From Candidatus Micrarchaeota archaeon (GTDB lineage Archaea > Micrarchaeota > Micrarchaeia > Micrarchaeales > CABMGC01): a stretch of 43,660 nt of DNA. Below, in pieces: positions 20,101-28,874 of the stretch; positions within the stretch are counted from its first letter, which is position 1, and each line of letters starts with the position of its first letter. The notes under the pieces are model-generated. The model did not search any database and was not told the DNA's origin. It was given only the letters and a program-made list of their open reading frames with translations. Position numbers and translations under genes: made by a program. The stretch lies in NCBI GenBank assembly GCA_021848095.1, contig JAJZMZ010000024.1, positions 1 through 43,660 of the forward strand, in the 5' to 3' direction.

Positions 20101-21266
20101 TCATTAAATTCATAACCAGAAGCAGGAGTTTCAGATATTATTACTGTGTTTCCAGCTTGATATGAACCACTTGGTGGAGAGGCAGTTCCCCCATTTGTTG
20201 GATTAACATTAGTTGTTAAGGTGTAAGTTGCAATTGATTGTTGGAAGTTTGCTGTTTCTACAATATCTGAGTTCATTGTTATTGTTGCTGATTTTGTAGT
20301 TCCAGAGTAACAACCCGTTCCTGTACAAGACCAACCCGTAAATATATAACCTGATGCAGGAGTTTCTGAGATTGTAACTTGTGTTCCAGAGTAATAACTT
20401 CCTGAAGCAGGAGTCACCGTTCCTCCATTTGATGGAACTGAGTTTGTTGTTAAAGTATAAGTTGCTAATTGGTTGAAGCTTGCCGTTTCTACTATATTAG
20501 CATCCATAATTATTGTCGGATTAGTAGATGTTCCTGAGTAACAACCCGTTCCAGTACAAGTCCAATCGTTAAATGAATAACCCGTACTTGGAGTTTCTGA
20601 GATTGATACTGATTTCCCACTGTTATAACTTCCTGAAGTTGGAGATGTCGTACCTCCATTTGTTGGAGAAGGATATGTATTTAATGTATAAGTAGGCAAC
20701 GTTGTTGTTGTACTTAATAAAGAATTATATTGATAAATATATGTCAAACCGCTTCCTGAAGTTGTTAATGAAACTTCTTGTTTACTATTACTATTACAAT
20801 TTTGAGAGATACATTCAGAGTATGTTAAGTAAAACTGTGGACTTATCTCAGAACCTATTGGAAGTGTAAGACCAGTTACTGAGATAGTACATGTAATACG
20901 TTCACCTTGAAGAGCTGTAGAAGGTTGACAACTACCTTGATAATACTGTGAGTTAGGAGTAAACTTAATTGAAAATGAAGAAGAGGAAAAATATAAGGGT
21001 TTATTGACATTATTTGAAAACTCAATTAATGCAGATGTTCCAATTGAGTTAGAGTTTATCAAAAGTTGATAACATGGAAACTCTGGAGAGATATAACAGT
21101 ATGACGATGCATATGTTGTTTGATTGCTCGAGTAGTAAAAGTAAATGACGAGTACTGCAATTAATATTATTATTGCCCATGAGTAACTAAGAACATATTC
21201 TATTGCGGATTGCTGTTTTGAAGTTTTTTTTGTAGTGCCGTGTAGTATTTTTTTAGAAGATGCCAT
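17187..21266 (-). CDS. Giant (1359 aa) surface protein: class III (pilin-like) leader, 3 InlB-B/Flg_new-like repeats, probable beta-propeller
   Basis: N-terminus KQQSAIEYVLSYSWAIIILIAVL; repeats TYTL...GGT..P.SGSY..G..V.ISETP..GY.F..W.CTG.GCY.GT; C-terminal VSRDG / VSPDGKYLY YncE-like blades. Confidence 0.8.
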   Translation of the reverse strand: MASSKKILHGTTKKTSKQQSAIEYVLSYSWAIIILIAVLVIYFYYSSNQTTYASSYCYISPEFPCYQLLINSNSIGTSALIEFSNNVNKPLYFSSSSFSIKFTPNSQYYQGSCQPSTALQGERITCTISVTGLTLPIGSEISPQFYLTYSECISQNCNSNSKQEVSLTTSGSGLTYIYQYNSLLSTTTTLPTYTLNTYPSPTNGGTTSPTSGSYNSGKSVSISETPSTGYSFNDWTCTGTGCYSGTSTNPTIIMDANIVETASFNQLATYTLTTNSVPSNGGTVTPASGSYYSGTQVTISETPASGYIFTGWSCTGTGCYSGTTKSATITMNSDIVETANFQQSIATYTLTTNVNPTNGGTASPPSGSYQAGNTVIISETPASGYEFNDWTCTGIGCYAGTASTNTLTMSDNTVETANFNKQTGFYYPVPAYTYPSKDTYFYSNNNGGQTIGLVSDMYHNNVLNSIGSSYYESNHNYITVSRDGYVYDLSKFYNDGNSSFTAALVIINTSTESVVKEALIANSTANTTIIQGVASGDGYSMQFNSSGSLYILIGGTSSAFNTPEGPYLVIINKTDLQDAMTSSNLFYTYNKIQVKNLTNIIGSSASDAAYNPYFTSFIMLGNYAFISNSTNLYVLNTTKNNSMAANILINKFGPSIGSASGIINMVTDGNFMYFAMVNGTSSSEYNSSIASFNTTSLKINYTNVALSLSNYTVGATLSSNLTDLYVVLSNETVYTFPVSGSGVSSVKSVQNFRSTDPYVNYPDSIPLATGSQYNFVSSANSTDLYVSTTVGSGNFYEIYNLKSGSQDGVLGLENNLNTPKTYGNADIVYAPQNNYNIYTTGAQKSGNYYNPGSTNFGQVSIISSAYLINKENVTLPSTFSPTALLYDGNNLRIGGYNYTGNTINDGQALLTTANTTQNIVNSNIVAPEAQISYFYNSGYPMTPETSTYYLPMVADFSQPNGNFFSIYPSGSVNYEFYAQTLSQVFPTNVILSGMAATTSNSQAANCPSGGPCAAGNLYLTPYQTIDAFSSMSSSSGSVCAAEANYGFASTSTVYINGMLEKNNDMTVLSYQTQLQDDYSDAPGPAPGGMGATAAQIVFNYPLNDTIASTYNANGNSDTQTAAGTGDAGAFSCSSPPSPNEFITYSYWTVTDSGLLSQSTNSILTNPPVVPVNNTPYVYMLSPENGEVAIYNKNTNAFSTISLPHFNFYDTIYNNKRDAMTSTTNGTFVFVGYSTPFSNCAIATINTQLQKIVKINYDSGANGGGCFTGGPGEMIVSPDGKYLYSGIASVTNGGSVYSIYDLITYNSTFENGPSGEFNVSFANTGTFTLPIGTEFGYGSNGLGDMTYQRIAISTNAQPLP
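20010..20693 (-). repeat. Three intragenic tandem repeats, period 231-234 bp
   Basis: Units start at 20693, 20462 and 20228; the similarity is visible at DNA level (e.g. gagtaacaacccgttcc, acaagtccaatc, ggagtttc). Confidence 0.9.
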
Positions 21267-21294
21267 TTAATTACAACAATACTTAAGTAAAAAA

Positions 21295-21309
21295 CTTTAA
21301 ATACCTTTC
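21295..21309 (-). promoter_or_regulatory. Putative BRE-TATA promoter (GAAAGGTATTTAAAG) for the giant surface protein
   Basis: Consensus-like element about 30 nt upstream of the ATG at 21266. Confidence 0.5.
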
Positions 21310-21328
21310 TTATTTTGTTCTTTTCACT

Positions 21329-22003
21329 TTAATTGATATTCTTAATTATAGTTTTAAGTATGTTATAACCATCTGCAAATGTTCTTAATTTACCCGTTCC
21401 TGAGTCACGTTTTTTCTCAATACTGGGAATCTCTATAATTGATAAATGTTCTTTTGCTGCTTTTATATTTATTTCAGTTTCTATTGCAAATCTATCTTCT
21501 TTTAAATTTAATTTATTTATAACTGATTTTTTGAAACCCCTGTAACCGTAGCAAAGATCAGTATAATTTGATTTGAAAAAAAGATTTACTAAAAATACAA
21601 AAAATCTATTGCCAAATTTTCTTATGAAGGGCATATCCTCAGTCCCTCCACCTGCCATGAAACGAGAACCCATGCAAATATCATAGCCTATCCTTATACT
21701 ACTTATTATAAGTCGTAATTCTTTTGGGTCATTTGAAAGATCTGCATCCATCGATATTAAAATATCGCCATTTGCTTCTTTGAAACCCTTTCTTAAAGCT
21801 GAACCTTTTCCTTTGTTATCATAAATTACTTTTACATTAAATTTTTTAGCTAACTCCACTGTTTTATCTTTTGAATGACCATCAACAATTATTATTTCAT
21901 GGTTAATACCTTCAAGAATTGAGTTAACCTTTTCAAGAACATTTTCTATGTTGCCTTCTTCATTCAAGGTAGGTATAATTATAGAAACAAGATCTTTTTT
22001 CAT
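21329..22003 (-). CDS. Glycosyltransferase family 2 (DPM1-like polyprenol-phosphate glycosyltransferase)
   Basis: SIIIPTLNEE, IIVDGHSKD, GKGSAL, MDADLS, GSRF. Confidence 0.92.
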   Translation of the reverse strand: MKKDLVSIIIPTLNEEGNIENVLEKVNSILEGINHEIIIVDGHSKDKTVELAKKFNVKVIYDNKGKGSALRKGFKEANGDILISMDADLSNDPKELRLIISSIRIGYDICMGSRFMAGGGTEDMPFIRKFGNRFFVFLVNLFFKSNYTDLCYGYRGFKKSVINKLNLKEDRFAIETEINIKAAKEHLSIIEIPSIEKKRDSGTGKLRTFADGYNILKTIIKNIN

Positions 22004-22005
22004 AA

Positions 22006-22602
22006 TTACCATTTATATTTTTTAGGTATTTTTTTAATTGCTTCTTCGGTCATGAAGTTCAAACCAAAAAACAAAGGAGTTATATTTCCATCTTCAAAAG
22101 TTACTGCAGTTATACTGGCATAAGTTGGTCTGAAAGAAAAACTAATTAGGTGATCTGCAGTGTAAGCTGACGCAATTACAGAGACTATCGGATCATGGTG
22201 TGTTACTGCCAAAATGCAAGAGTTTTTTTCTTGAGATTTTATAAATGAGTTAACTCTTTTTTTCAAAAGTTCAAAAGGTTCTATTTTATCACCATAAAGC
22301 AACTTCCACCCATTATCAGTTACTTTTGTTCCTCGCATTTTTTTAAATTTTCTTTCAATTAATCTATTGTCAATTGTTTTTGGTTTTTTAATATGCTTAC
22401 AAATTATCTCAGCAGTTTGAATTGTTCTTAGAACAGGACTACAGAATACTTTATCTATTTTAAGTTGTTTAAGATCCGTTCCAGTATTATTTGCTTGCTG
22501 TCTGCCTGTTTTTGTTAAAGGATAAACTCCTAACTCATCAGACAGGATATGTTTTGCATTTGCTAAACTTTCACCGTGGCGTACAAATATTATTAAACTC
22601 AT
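22006..22602 (-). CDS. gpmA: Histidine phosphatase family; probable cofactor-dependent phosphoglycerate mutase (Thermoplasma/Sulfolobus type)
   Basis: RHGES, SPVLRTIQTA, LIER, THHDPI. Confidence 0.7.
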   Translation of the reverse strand: MSLIIFVRHGESLANAKHILSDELGVYPLTKTGRQQANNTGTDLKQLKIDKVFCSPVLRTIQTAEIICKHIKKPKTIDNRLIERKFKKMRGTKVTDNGWKLLYGDKIEPFELLKKRVNSFIKSQEKNSCILAVTHHDPIVSVIASAYTADHLISFSFRPTYASITAVTFEDGNITPLFFGLNFMTEEAIKKIPKKYKW

Positions 22603-22689
22603 TAAAATACCTAGATTAAATGTGGTAAGTATATTACCAGTAAATAATATAAATCAAATATATTAATAATATATTATTAAAGTGTATAA

Positions 22690-23751
22690 ATGAACTCAAT
22701 TAAATTTATAAAATTAGGATTAACTGCGCTTAAAAGTAATTTTTCTAATTTAGCTAAGCCGTACAAATTAACTTTTTCCATATCGTACTGGTGTCAGTCA
22801 CGTTGTTTAACTTGTAATATATGGCAGATTAAACCAGTAAATGAACTTACACTTGAAGAGATTAAAGAAGTTGCAGCTAAAAATAATTACTTAAAATGGA
22901 TAGAGATAACAGGAGGTGAGCCGTTTTTAAGAAAGGATATTGTTGATATTGTAAAGGCTTTCCACGAAAATTGTAAAGACCTTTTTGTACTTACTATGCC
23001 AACAAACTCATTATGTAATCATGATATGGTAGAAAGTAAATTAAAAGAAATTTTATCTTTAGGAATACCTAAAGTTTCCATAACTCTTAGTTTAGATGGG
23101 TATAAAGAACTTCATGATAAGATAAGAGGAATACCTGGGAATTATGATAAAGTAGTAGACATGGCAAAAAGATTAAAAAAATTAAAAGAAGAATACAAAA
23201 ACTTATTTTTTATATTTGGATATACTGTTAGCAAGTTCAATCAAGGTTCACTCGAAAAAACCATAGAAGAAGTAAAAAAAGAGTTGCAATGGGTAACACA
23301 TAACGACTTCCATATAAATGTTGGTCAAATATCAGATAGCTATTACAAAAATGGTGAGTTAGACATTAGAGCTGAAAAAACAGAGGTAGCTAAAGAAATA
23401 GATTTTATAATTAAAAAAAGAAAATTTGAGTTTGGTGCAATACCTATAATAGAAAATGTATTCCTGAAAAAGTTATACAATTACGTTTTAACAGGAAACT
23501 CACCTATGAAAAGTAGAAGTTTGGATGCATCTCTTTTTATGGACAGTTATGGAAATGTATATCCTTCAATAATGTGGGGCAGAATAATAGGAAATATAAG
23601 AAATTATAATTACTCTATAGAAAGTATGTGGCATAATGTCGATGCAGAAGAAGTTAGAAAGATAATAAATGAAGGTAAAGAACCTTCATGTTGGACAGCT
23701 TGTGAAGCATATCAAAGTTTAGTCGGGGATATGAAAAGTTTTATTTTTTAA
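22690..23751 (+). CDS. Radical SAM protein with degenerate SPASM/twitch domain
   Basis: CQSRCLTC (CxxxCxxC), TGGEPFLR, SLDG..HD.IRG, C-terminal GNVYPS...IGNI...CWTACE. Confidence 0.9.
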   Translation: MNSIKFIKLGLTALKSNFSNLAKPYKLTFSISYWCQSRCLTCNIWQIKPVNELTLEEIKEVAAKNNYLKWIEITGGEPFLRKDIVDIVKAFHENCKDLFVLTMPTNSLCNHDMVESKLKEILSLGIPKVSITLSLDGYKELHDKIRGIPGNYDKVVDMAKRLKKLKEEYKNLFFIFGYTVSKFNQGSLEKTIEEVKKELQWVTHNDFHINVGQISDSYYKNGELDIRAEKTEVAKEIDFIIKKRKFEFGAIPIIENVFLKKLYNYVLTGNSPMKSRSLDASLFMDSYGNVYPSIMWGRIIGNIRNYNYSIESMWHNVDAEEVRKIINEGKEPSCWTACEAYQSLVGDMKSFIF

Positions 23752-24485
23752 TTACTTGAAAGAAAGTTGTTTACTATATTTGCTGTTTCTTCTGGATTTG
23801 AGTAATGAGAGGTGTGTTTTGAGTTTTTAATAATTGAAACTTCACTATTTTTAATATCTTCATTGAAGATGTATGCAAATTTTTTATCTATTGTAGTGTC
23901 ATTTTCTCCCCATAATATTAATGTTTTTGAAGAGATTTTAGAAAGATCTTCCTTTGTTACTTGAGAAGAGCTAAACTCGTCGTCAATAATACTTTTTAAC
24001 ACATGTTCATTTGCATTAATCATTAATGCTTTAGCAAGTAAATCTTTTTTATATTGTTCTCTTTTATCAGTACCAACTACAACTTCAAAAAAATCTTTCA
24101 GACCACCTGCATCTTCAAGAACAAGTTTTTTTATATTTTGATTATTTATTGCAAGGATAGAAGCTATCCAACCCCCGTAAGAATGGCCCATTACTGAATA
24201 ATTTGTTATGCCTTCTTTTTTAATAATTTCTTCTATTATTTCTTTTTGATAAAGAACGTGATAATCTATATTTGGAGCTTCTGATTCACCATGTCCAAGC
24301 AAATCAGGCAAAATTAAAGTAAGACTTTTAGGAAGATACTCTACAAATTTTATCCAACTTTTAGAACTTGCAGCAAGTCCATGTATTAGTACAAGTACAT
24401 CACTTCCTTTTTTATTTGTTCTATAAAATATTTTACCATATTTAGTTTCTATTGTTTTACTTTCTAACTCTTCAAAAACGCTCAT
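23748..24485 (-). CDS. Alpha/beta hydrolase (esterase/lipase-like)
   Basis: HGLA, DLLGHGES, nucleophile GHSYGG, WGEND acid, KH.SH. Confidence 0.92.
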   Translation of the reverse strand: MSVFEELESKTIETKYGKIFYRTNKKGSDVLVLIHGLAASSKSWIKFVEYLPKSLTLILPDLLGHGESEAPNIDYHVLYQKEIIEEIIKKEGITNYSVMGHSYGGWIASILAINNQNIKKLVLEDAGGLKDFFEVVVGTDKREQYKKDLLAKALMINANEHVLKSIIDDEFSSSQVTKEDLSKISSKTLILWGENDTTIDKKFAYIFNEDIKNSEVSIIKNSKHTSHYSNPEETANIVNNFLSSN

Positions 24486-24496
24486 TTAATCAACAA

Positions 24497-25336
24497 CTAA
24501 ATTTTCTGATTTTCTAATAGTGACCTTAAAACTAACTTAAAATTACTTGATTCTTTCAATCTCCTATAAGAATAACTAATCCAATCTTCACCGAACGGAA
24601 GATATAAACTCATGTTATGTTTTTTTGCAATGTTTTTGGCCAGATTATTTCTTATGCCATAAAGCATTGCATACTTTGGTTCCTTATTGTATTTTTTAGA
24701 TAACTCAAACGATGATTTTATTATATTTAAATCGTGTGTTGCTAAAGTAAAGTTATCAGATTTTTCAAATAAATACTCCATTAAATGACTATAATTTTTT
24801 GTCGAGTCTTTCTTATCATAGGAAATTGATTTAGATTCAGTATAAGCACCTTTTACTAAACGTATAACTCCATTGTGTTTGAGTATTTTTATTAAATCAG
24901 AGTTTGTTCTTTTTAAATAAGATTGTAAACATATTCCAGTATTTCCTAATGAGTTGTATTTTAAATAAAGTGAAATGGTATTATTTACATAGATGTACTT
25001 TTCCATGTCTAACCAAACAAAAATATTATTTTTCTTTGCCGCCTTAATTATTTTTAAATAATTTTTATTTATAGTTTCTTTATTTACAAGAAGACCTAAC
25101 TGTGTTGGCTTAATGGCTATCGAAGAGTTAAGATTGTTTTGCTTTAATTTTTTAATTAACTGTAAATAAATATCAACAGATTGATTAGCGTCTTCTTTTT
25201 TGTAAGTATCTTCGCCTAGATAATTTATCATTGAGTTTATTCTTAACTTAGATAAATCAACAGCTGTAATTATAGCTTCATTTACTGTAGTACCTACAAT
25301 CCATCTACCAGCGAGTATCTTCTGTAAAATTGACAT
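24497..25336 (-). CDS. Monofunctional proline dehydrogenase
   Basis: IKPTQLG, LDME, QSYL, RLVKGAY, ATHD, MLYGIR, YLPFG..W..Y..RRL.E. Confidence 0.92.
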   Translation of the reverse strand: MSILQKILAGRWIVGTTVNEAIITAVDLSKLRINSMINYLGEDTYKKEDANQSVDIYLQLIKKLKQNNLNSSIAIKPTQLGLLVNKETINKNYLKIIKAAKKNNIFVWLDMEKYIYVNNTISLYLKYNSLGNTGICLQSYLKRTNSDLIKILKHNGVIRLVKGAYTESKSISYDKKDSTKNYSHLMEYLFEKSDNFTLATHDLNIIKSSFELSKKYNKEPKYAMLYGIRNNLAKNIAKKHNMSLYLPFGEDWISYSYRRLKESSNFKLVLRSLLENQKI

Positions 25337-25338
25337 CT

Positions 25339-26646
25339 TTACACTGTATCGTTTATCTCTAACTTTGTAAGTACTCTGTTTGGATTGTCATAATACTCTC
25401 TGCACATTTCATTAATTTGTTTTAATCCTCGTATTCCTCTCTTGTTCATTGCTTCTAATATTATTGCACGTCTTCTTTCTTCTCTTACTATCTCGCTAGG
25501 TGGCAATCCAGATAAGTTAGCCAATGTATCTCTATAAGTAACGCTAGGTAAGATGTCTGAACCTTTTCTTGTTTTGTAGTCGTATTTGTAAAGATCTGAT
25601 AAAAGAACTTGTGTTTCTATTCCAGAGATTTCTGAGATTTGTGTTATCTTTCTTGCAAACTTACCATCTAGATTTATTTGTGAGATTAAGACTAATGCAT
25701 CTATAAGAGGTATTATATCTTTTTCTATGTTCATAGGAGTGTGCTCTAATCTTGTTATTATATCTCTAGCTGTGCTTGCGTGAATAGTACTCATAGTTAT
25801 TTTACCTATATTCATTGCTGTCATCATATCTTTTGCTTCTACTCCACGTACTTCTCCTATTATTATTAAATCGGGCCTCATTCTTAAAGAGTTTTTTACT
25901 AATTCCTCTAAGGACACTTCAGTACTAGTTTCTAATCTTACACAGTTCTCCTGAGTATCTGTATTTAATTCATAAGTATCTTCTATAGTAATAATTCTTT
26001 GTTCTGGTCTGAAAAAACTAAACATTGAGTTAAGAAGAGTTGTTTTGCCAGCTGCAGGCATCCCTCCGATAAGCATATTTGCAGGTCTGATTTTCATTCC
26101 TTCGGAGTATAACCAAAATCTACCAGCCATGTTATAAGTAAGTTCTCCTAGGTTTATCAAATCAAGTATACTTAATGCATTTTCTCTGAAGTTTCTTATA
26201 GTTATATCTGCACCTAAAGGTGATTCTACTATATTAACTCTTGATTTGTTTGGTATGTGTATATCGTATATATTTTTATTTGCAGATACAACAGTTGCAT
26301 ACATTTTGAATTTTTTAACTAAACGTTCAAGAGTTCTTTTATCTGAGATAACTTCTGGTACCTTTATGGCTCCTTTTTCAGAGTCATAGATAAAGATATC
26401 CGTTGTATTGTTTACCATTACATCTTCTATTTTTTGATTGTTTATGTAATTTTGTATAGGATAAAAGTCATTTACATCTTTTATTAATCTTTCTAAATCA
26501 TCGTTAGAAATTTCTGGATCAATTATTTTTGCTGTTTTAGATATTATATTTTTAATATCAAAGTCAGTTTGAAAACCACTCAATTTAGTTGCGAGTGTAT
26601 TCAAAACTTCGTCTTCAAAATTTAGAAACGTTTCTTCGTCCATCAT
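25339..26646 (-). CDS. Type IV pilus / secretion ATPase (CpaF/TadA/VirB11 family)
   Basis: Walker A GMPAAGKTT, Asp box TIEDTYEL, LRMRPD, Walker B IIIGEVRG, STIHA. Confidence 0.93.
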   Translation of the reverse strand: MMDEETFLNFEDEVLNTLATKLSGFQTDFDIKNIISKTAKIIDPEISNDDLERLIKDVNDFYPIQNYINNQKIEDVMVNNTTDIFIYDSEKGAIKVPEVISDKRTLERLVKKFKMYATVVSANKNIYDIHIPNKSRVNIVESPLGADITIRNFRENALSILDLINLGELTYNMAGRFWLYSEGMKIRPANMLIGGMPAAGKTTLLNSMFSFFRPEQRIITIEDTYELNTDTQENCVRLETSTEVSLEELVKNSLRMRPDLIIIGEVRGVEAKDMMTAMNIGKITMSTIHASTARDIITRLEHTPMNIEKDIIPLIDALVLISQINLDGKFARKITQISEISGIETQVLLSDLYKYDYKTRKGSDILPSVTYRDTLANLSGLPPSEIVREERRRAIILEAMNKRGIRGLKQINEMCREYYDNPNRVLTKLEINDTV

Positions 26647-26725
26647 GGTATCAACATTATGTTTATGTATATCAATAATACAGTTATGTTTTTAATATTT
26701 ATTGCTTATTGATAGAATAGATGTA

Positions 26726-28459
26726 ATGCGATTCTTAAAATATGATGTTATAATTTTAGGTAGTGGAATAGGTGGATTTACAACTGCAATACATGCTTCT
26801 AACTTTGATAAAAAAGCAAAGATAGCCGTAATATCTAAATTACATGCGATGAGAAGCCACTCTGTTTCTGCTGAAGGTGGAATATCAGGTGTTTTATATC
26901 CACAAATAAATAAAGATTCTGAGAAGTTACATGCTTACGATACAATAAAAGGCTCTGATTATTTATCAGATCAAGATGCTGTTGAGTTATTAGTTAAAAA
27001 TGCTCCAAAGGAAATTGTATTCTTTGAACACTTAGGAGTACCATGGAATAGAAATGAAAAAGGAATTATACAAGAAAGGCCTTTTGGAGGTATGAGTGTT
27101 CCTAGAACTGCTTTTGCAGCAGATAAGACAGGATTTTTCATGATGCGCTCACTTTATGATCAAGTACAATCACTACCCAATGTAGATATTTTTCATGAGC
27201 ACTTCGCAACTAGAATATTTAGAACTAAAGACGCAGTAGGAGTTTTTACAATAGACTTAGCTACAGGAAAACACAGCGTTGTTTATGGAAGCTCTTTAGT
27301 TATAGGAACAGGAGGTTTTTCTAGAATTTATAAAATAACTACTACAGCACACTCAACAACTGGTGATGGAATAGCCTTAGCATATAATGCTGGCGCATCG
27401 CTTAAAGATGTAGAGTTTGTACAGTTTCACCCTACTGCACTAGTACCTAATGGTATTTTAATAACAGAAGCGGCTAGGGGCGAAGGTGGCTATTTACTAA
27501 ATAAAGATAATGAACGTTTTATGAAGAGATATGCAAGTAGTAAGATGGAGCTAGCTCCTAGGGATATTATCTCACGAGCAATAATAACAGAGATAAATGA
27601 AGGTAGAGGTATGAAGGATAAAGATTCTGGATTAGAGTATGTTTATCTTGACTTGAGACATTTAGGAAAAGAAGTGATAAACAAAAGGCTACCGATGATT
27701 AAAGAAATATGCATTAAAACCATAGGACTAAATCCTGAAGAAGAACCTATACCAGTAAGACCAGCTGCTCACTTCACAATGGGAGGTTTAAATACAGACA
27801 TAAATGGAAGAGTTTTAGATATTGAGCTGAATCACGTAAGTAATTTGTGGGGCGTTGGAGAGTGTGGTTGCGTAAGTGTACATGGAGCAAACAGATTAGG
27901 AAGCAACTCATTAAGCCAATGCTCAGTTTGGGGCAGAATAGTTGGTAAAGAAGTTTCAAACAATACACATGAGATAAAAAATGAGGATGTTAAAGAACTC
28001 GAGGTTTTAGCTGAAGCTGAAGACTCTCGATTGAAAGAGATGTTAAGTAAAAAGGGCATGTACACTGTATATGAACTTCAAGATGAAATGAAGGATGTAA
28101 TGGAAAAGTACTTCTATGTTTACAGAAACGAGAAGGAAATGAAAAAAGGTGTAGCACTTCTTGAAAAAATTCTTAAAAAATCTGCAAACTTAAGAATAGA
28201 AGATAAAACACATATATTCAATACTAACTTAAGAGATACTTTAGAGTTTCTAAATCAAATAGAACTTGCTTACGCAGTAGGAGTTGCTGCATACAATAGA
28301 AAAGAAAGTAGAGGTGCACATAGTAGAACTGATCATCCAAAGCGTGACGATAAAGCTTGGTTAAAACATACAATTTTAGCAAAAGAAGGTAGCGGAATAA
28401 AGATAAGTTATAGCGATGTTAAGATAACAAAGTGGGAACCTGAAGAAAGAAAATATTAG
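26726..28459 (+). CDS. sdhA: Succinate dehydrogenase / fumarate reductase flavoprotein
   Basis: GSGIGG, covalent-FAD RSHSVSAEGG, QFHPT, EAARGEGG, HFTMGG, HGANRLGSNSL, ESRGAH. ATG at 26726 preferred over the TTG at 26702. Confidence 0.96.
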   Translation: MRFLKYDVIILGSGIGGFTTAIHASNFDKKAKIAVISKLHAMRSHSVSAEGGISGVLYPQINKDSEKLHAYDTIKGSDYLSDQDAVELLVKNAPKEIVFFEHLGVPWNRNEKGIIQERPFGGMSVPRTAFAADKTGFFMMRSLYDQVQSLPNVDIFHEHFATRIFRTKDAVGVFTIDLATGKHSVVYGSSLVIGTGGFSRIYKITTTAHSTTGDGIALAYNAGASLKDVEFVQFHPTALVPNGILITEAARGEGGYLLNKDNERFMKRYASSKMELAPRDIISRAIITEINEGRGMKDKDSGLEYVYLDLRHLGKEVINKRLPMIKEICIKTIGLNPEEEPIPVRPAAHFTMGGLNTDINGRVLDIELNHVSNLWGVGECGCVSVHGANRLGSNSLSQCSVWGRIVGKEVSNNTHEIKNEDVKELEVLAEAEDSRLKEMLSKKGMYTVYELQDEMKDVMEKYFYVYRNEKEMKKGVALLEKILKKSANLRIEDKTHIFNTNLRDTLEFLNQIELAYAVGVAAYNRKESRGAHSRTDHPKRDDKAWLKHTILAKEGSGIKISYSDVKITKWEPEERKY

Positions 28460-28466
28460 TGTTTTA

Positions 28467-28874
28467 ATGACAGGAGTTGAGTTTAGAGGAAAACAGTCGA
28501 GTATTTTTAGACTTAGATTTTTTGATAAATTTGCATTAATACATATGATATTTTATCGAATAATAGTAGTGCTAGGGATAATTACCGGAGTAAGTATCTT
28601 TGCATATGCACTTTTTGGAGTTAAAGAGTTACTTTTAATTTCAGAGTACTTGATAATGTGTATTTGGATATTATTTACTCCACAGTTATATGAAATTGTA
28701 CAGGTTTTAAATCTTAAGATAACCAATGCACATATTTCAAAGTATATGAATAACTCATTTTTAATTAGCAATAATTTAAAGAAAAAATACCTTTTCTTAA
28801 GAACAATAAATGTCCTTTCAGTAATTATATGGATTATTCTTTTAATAATTTATTTTAAAATGTTGATTTTATGA
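28467..28874 (+). CDS. 3-TM membrane protein; putative atypical Sdh/Frd anchor
   Basis: Three hydrophobic segments; sits between sdhA and sdhB, with an ATGA overlap to sdhB. Confidence 0.65.
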   Translation: MTGVEFRGKQSSIFRLRFFDKFALIHMIFYRIIVVLGIITGVSIFAYALFGVKELLLISEYLIMCIWILFTPQLYEIVQVLNLKITNAHISKYMNNSFLISNNLKKKYLFLRTINVLSVIIWIILLIIYFKMLIL

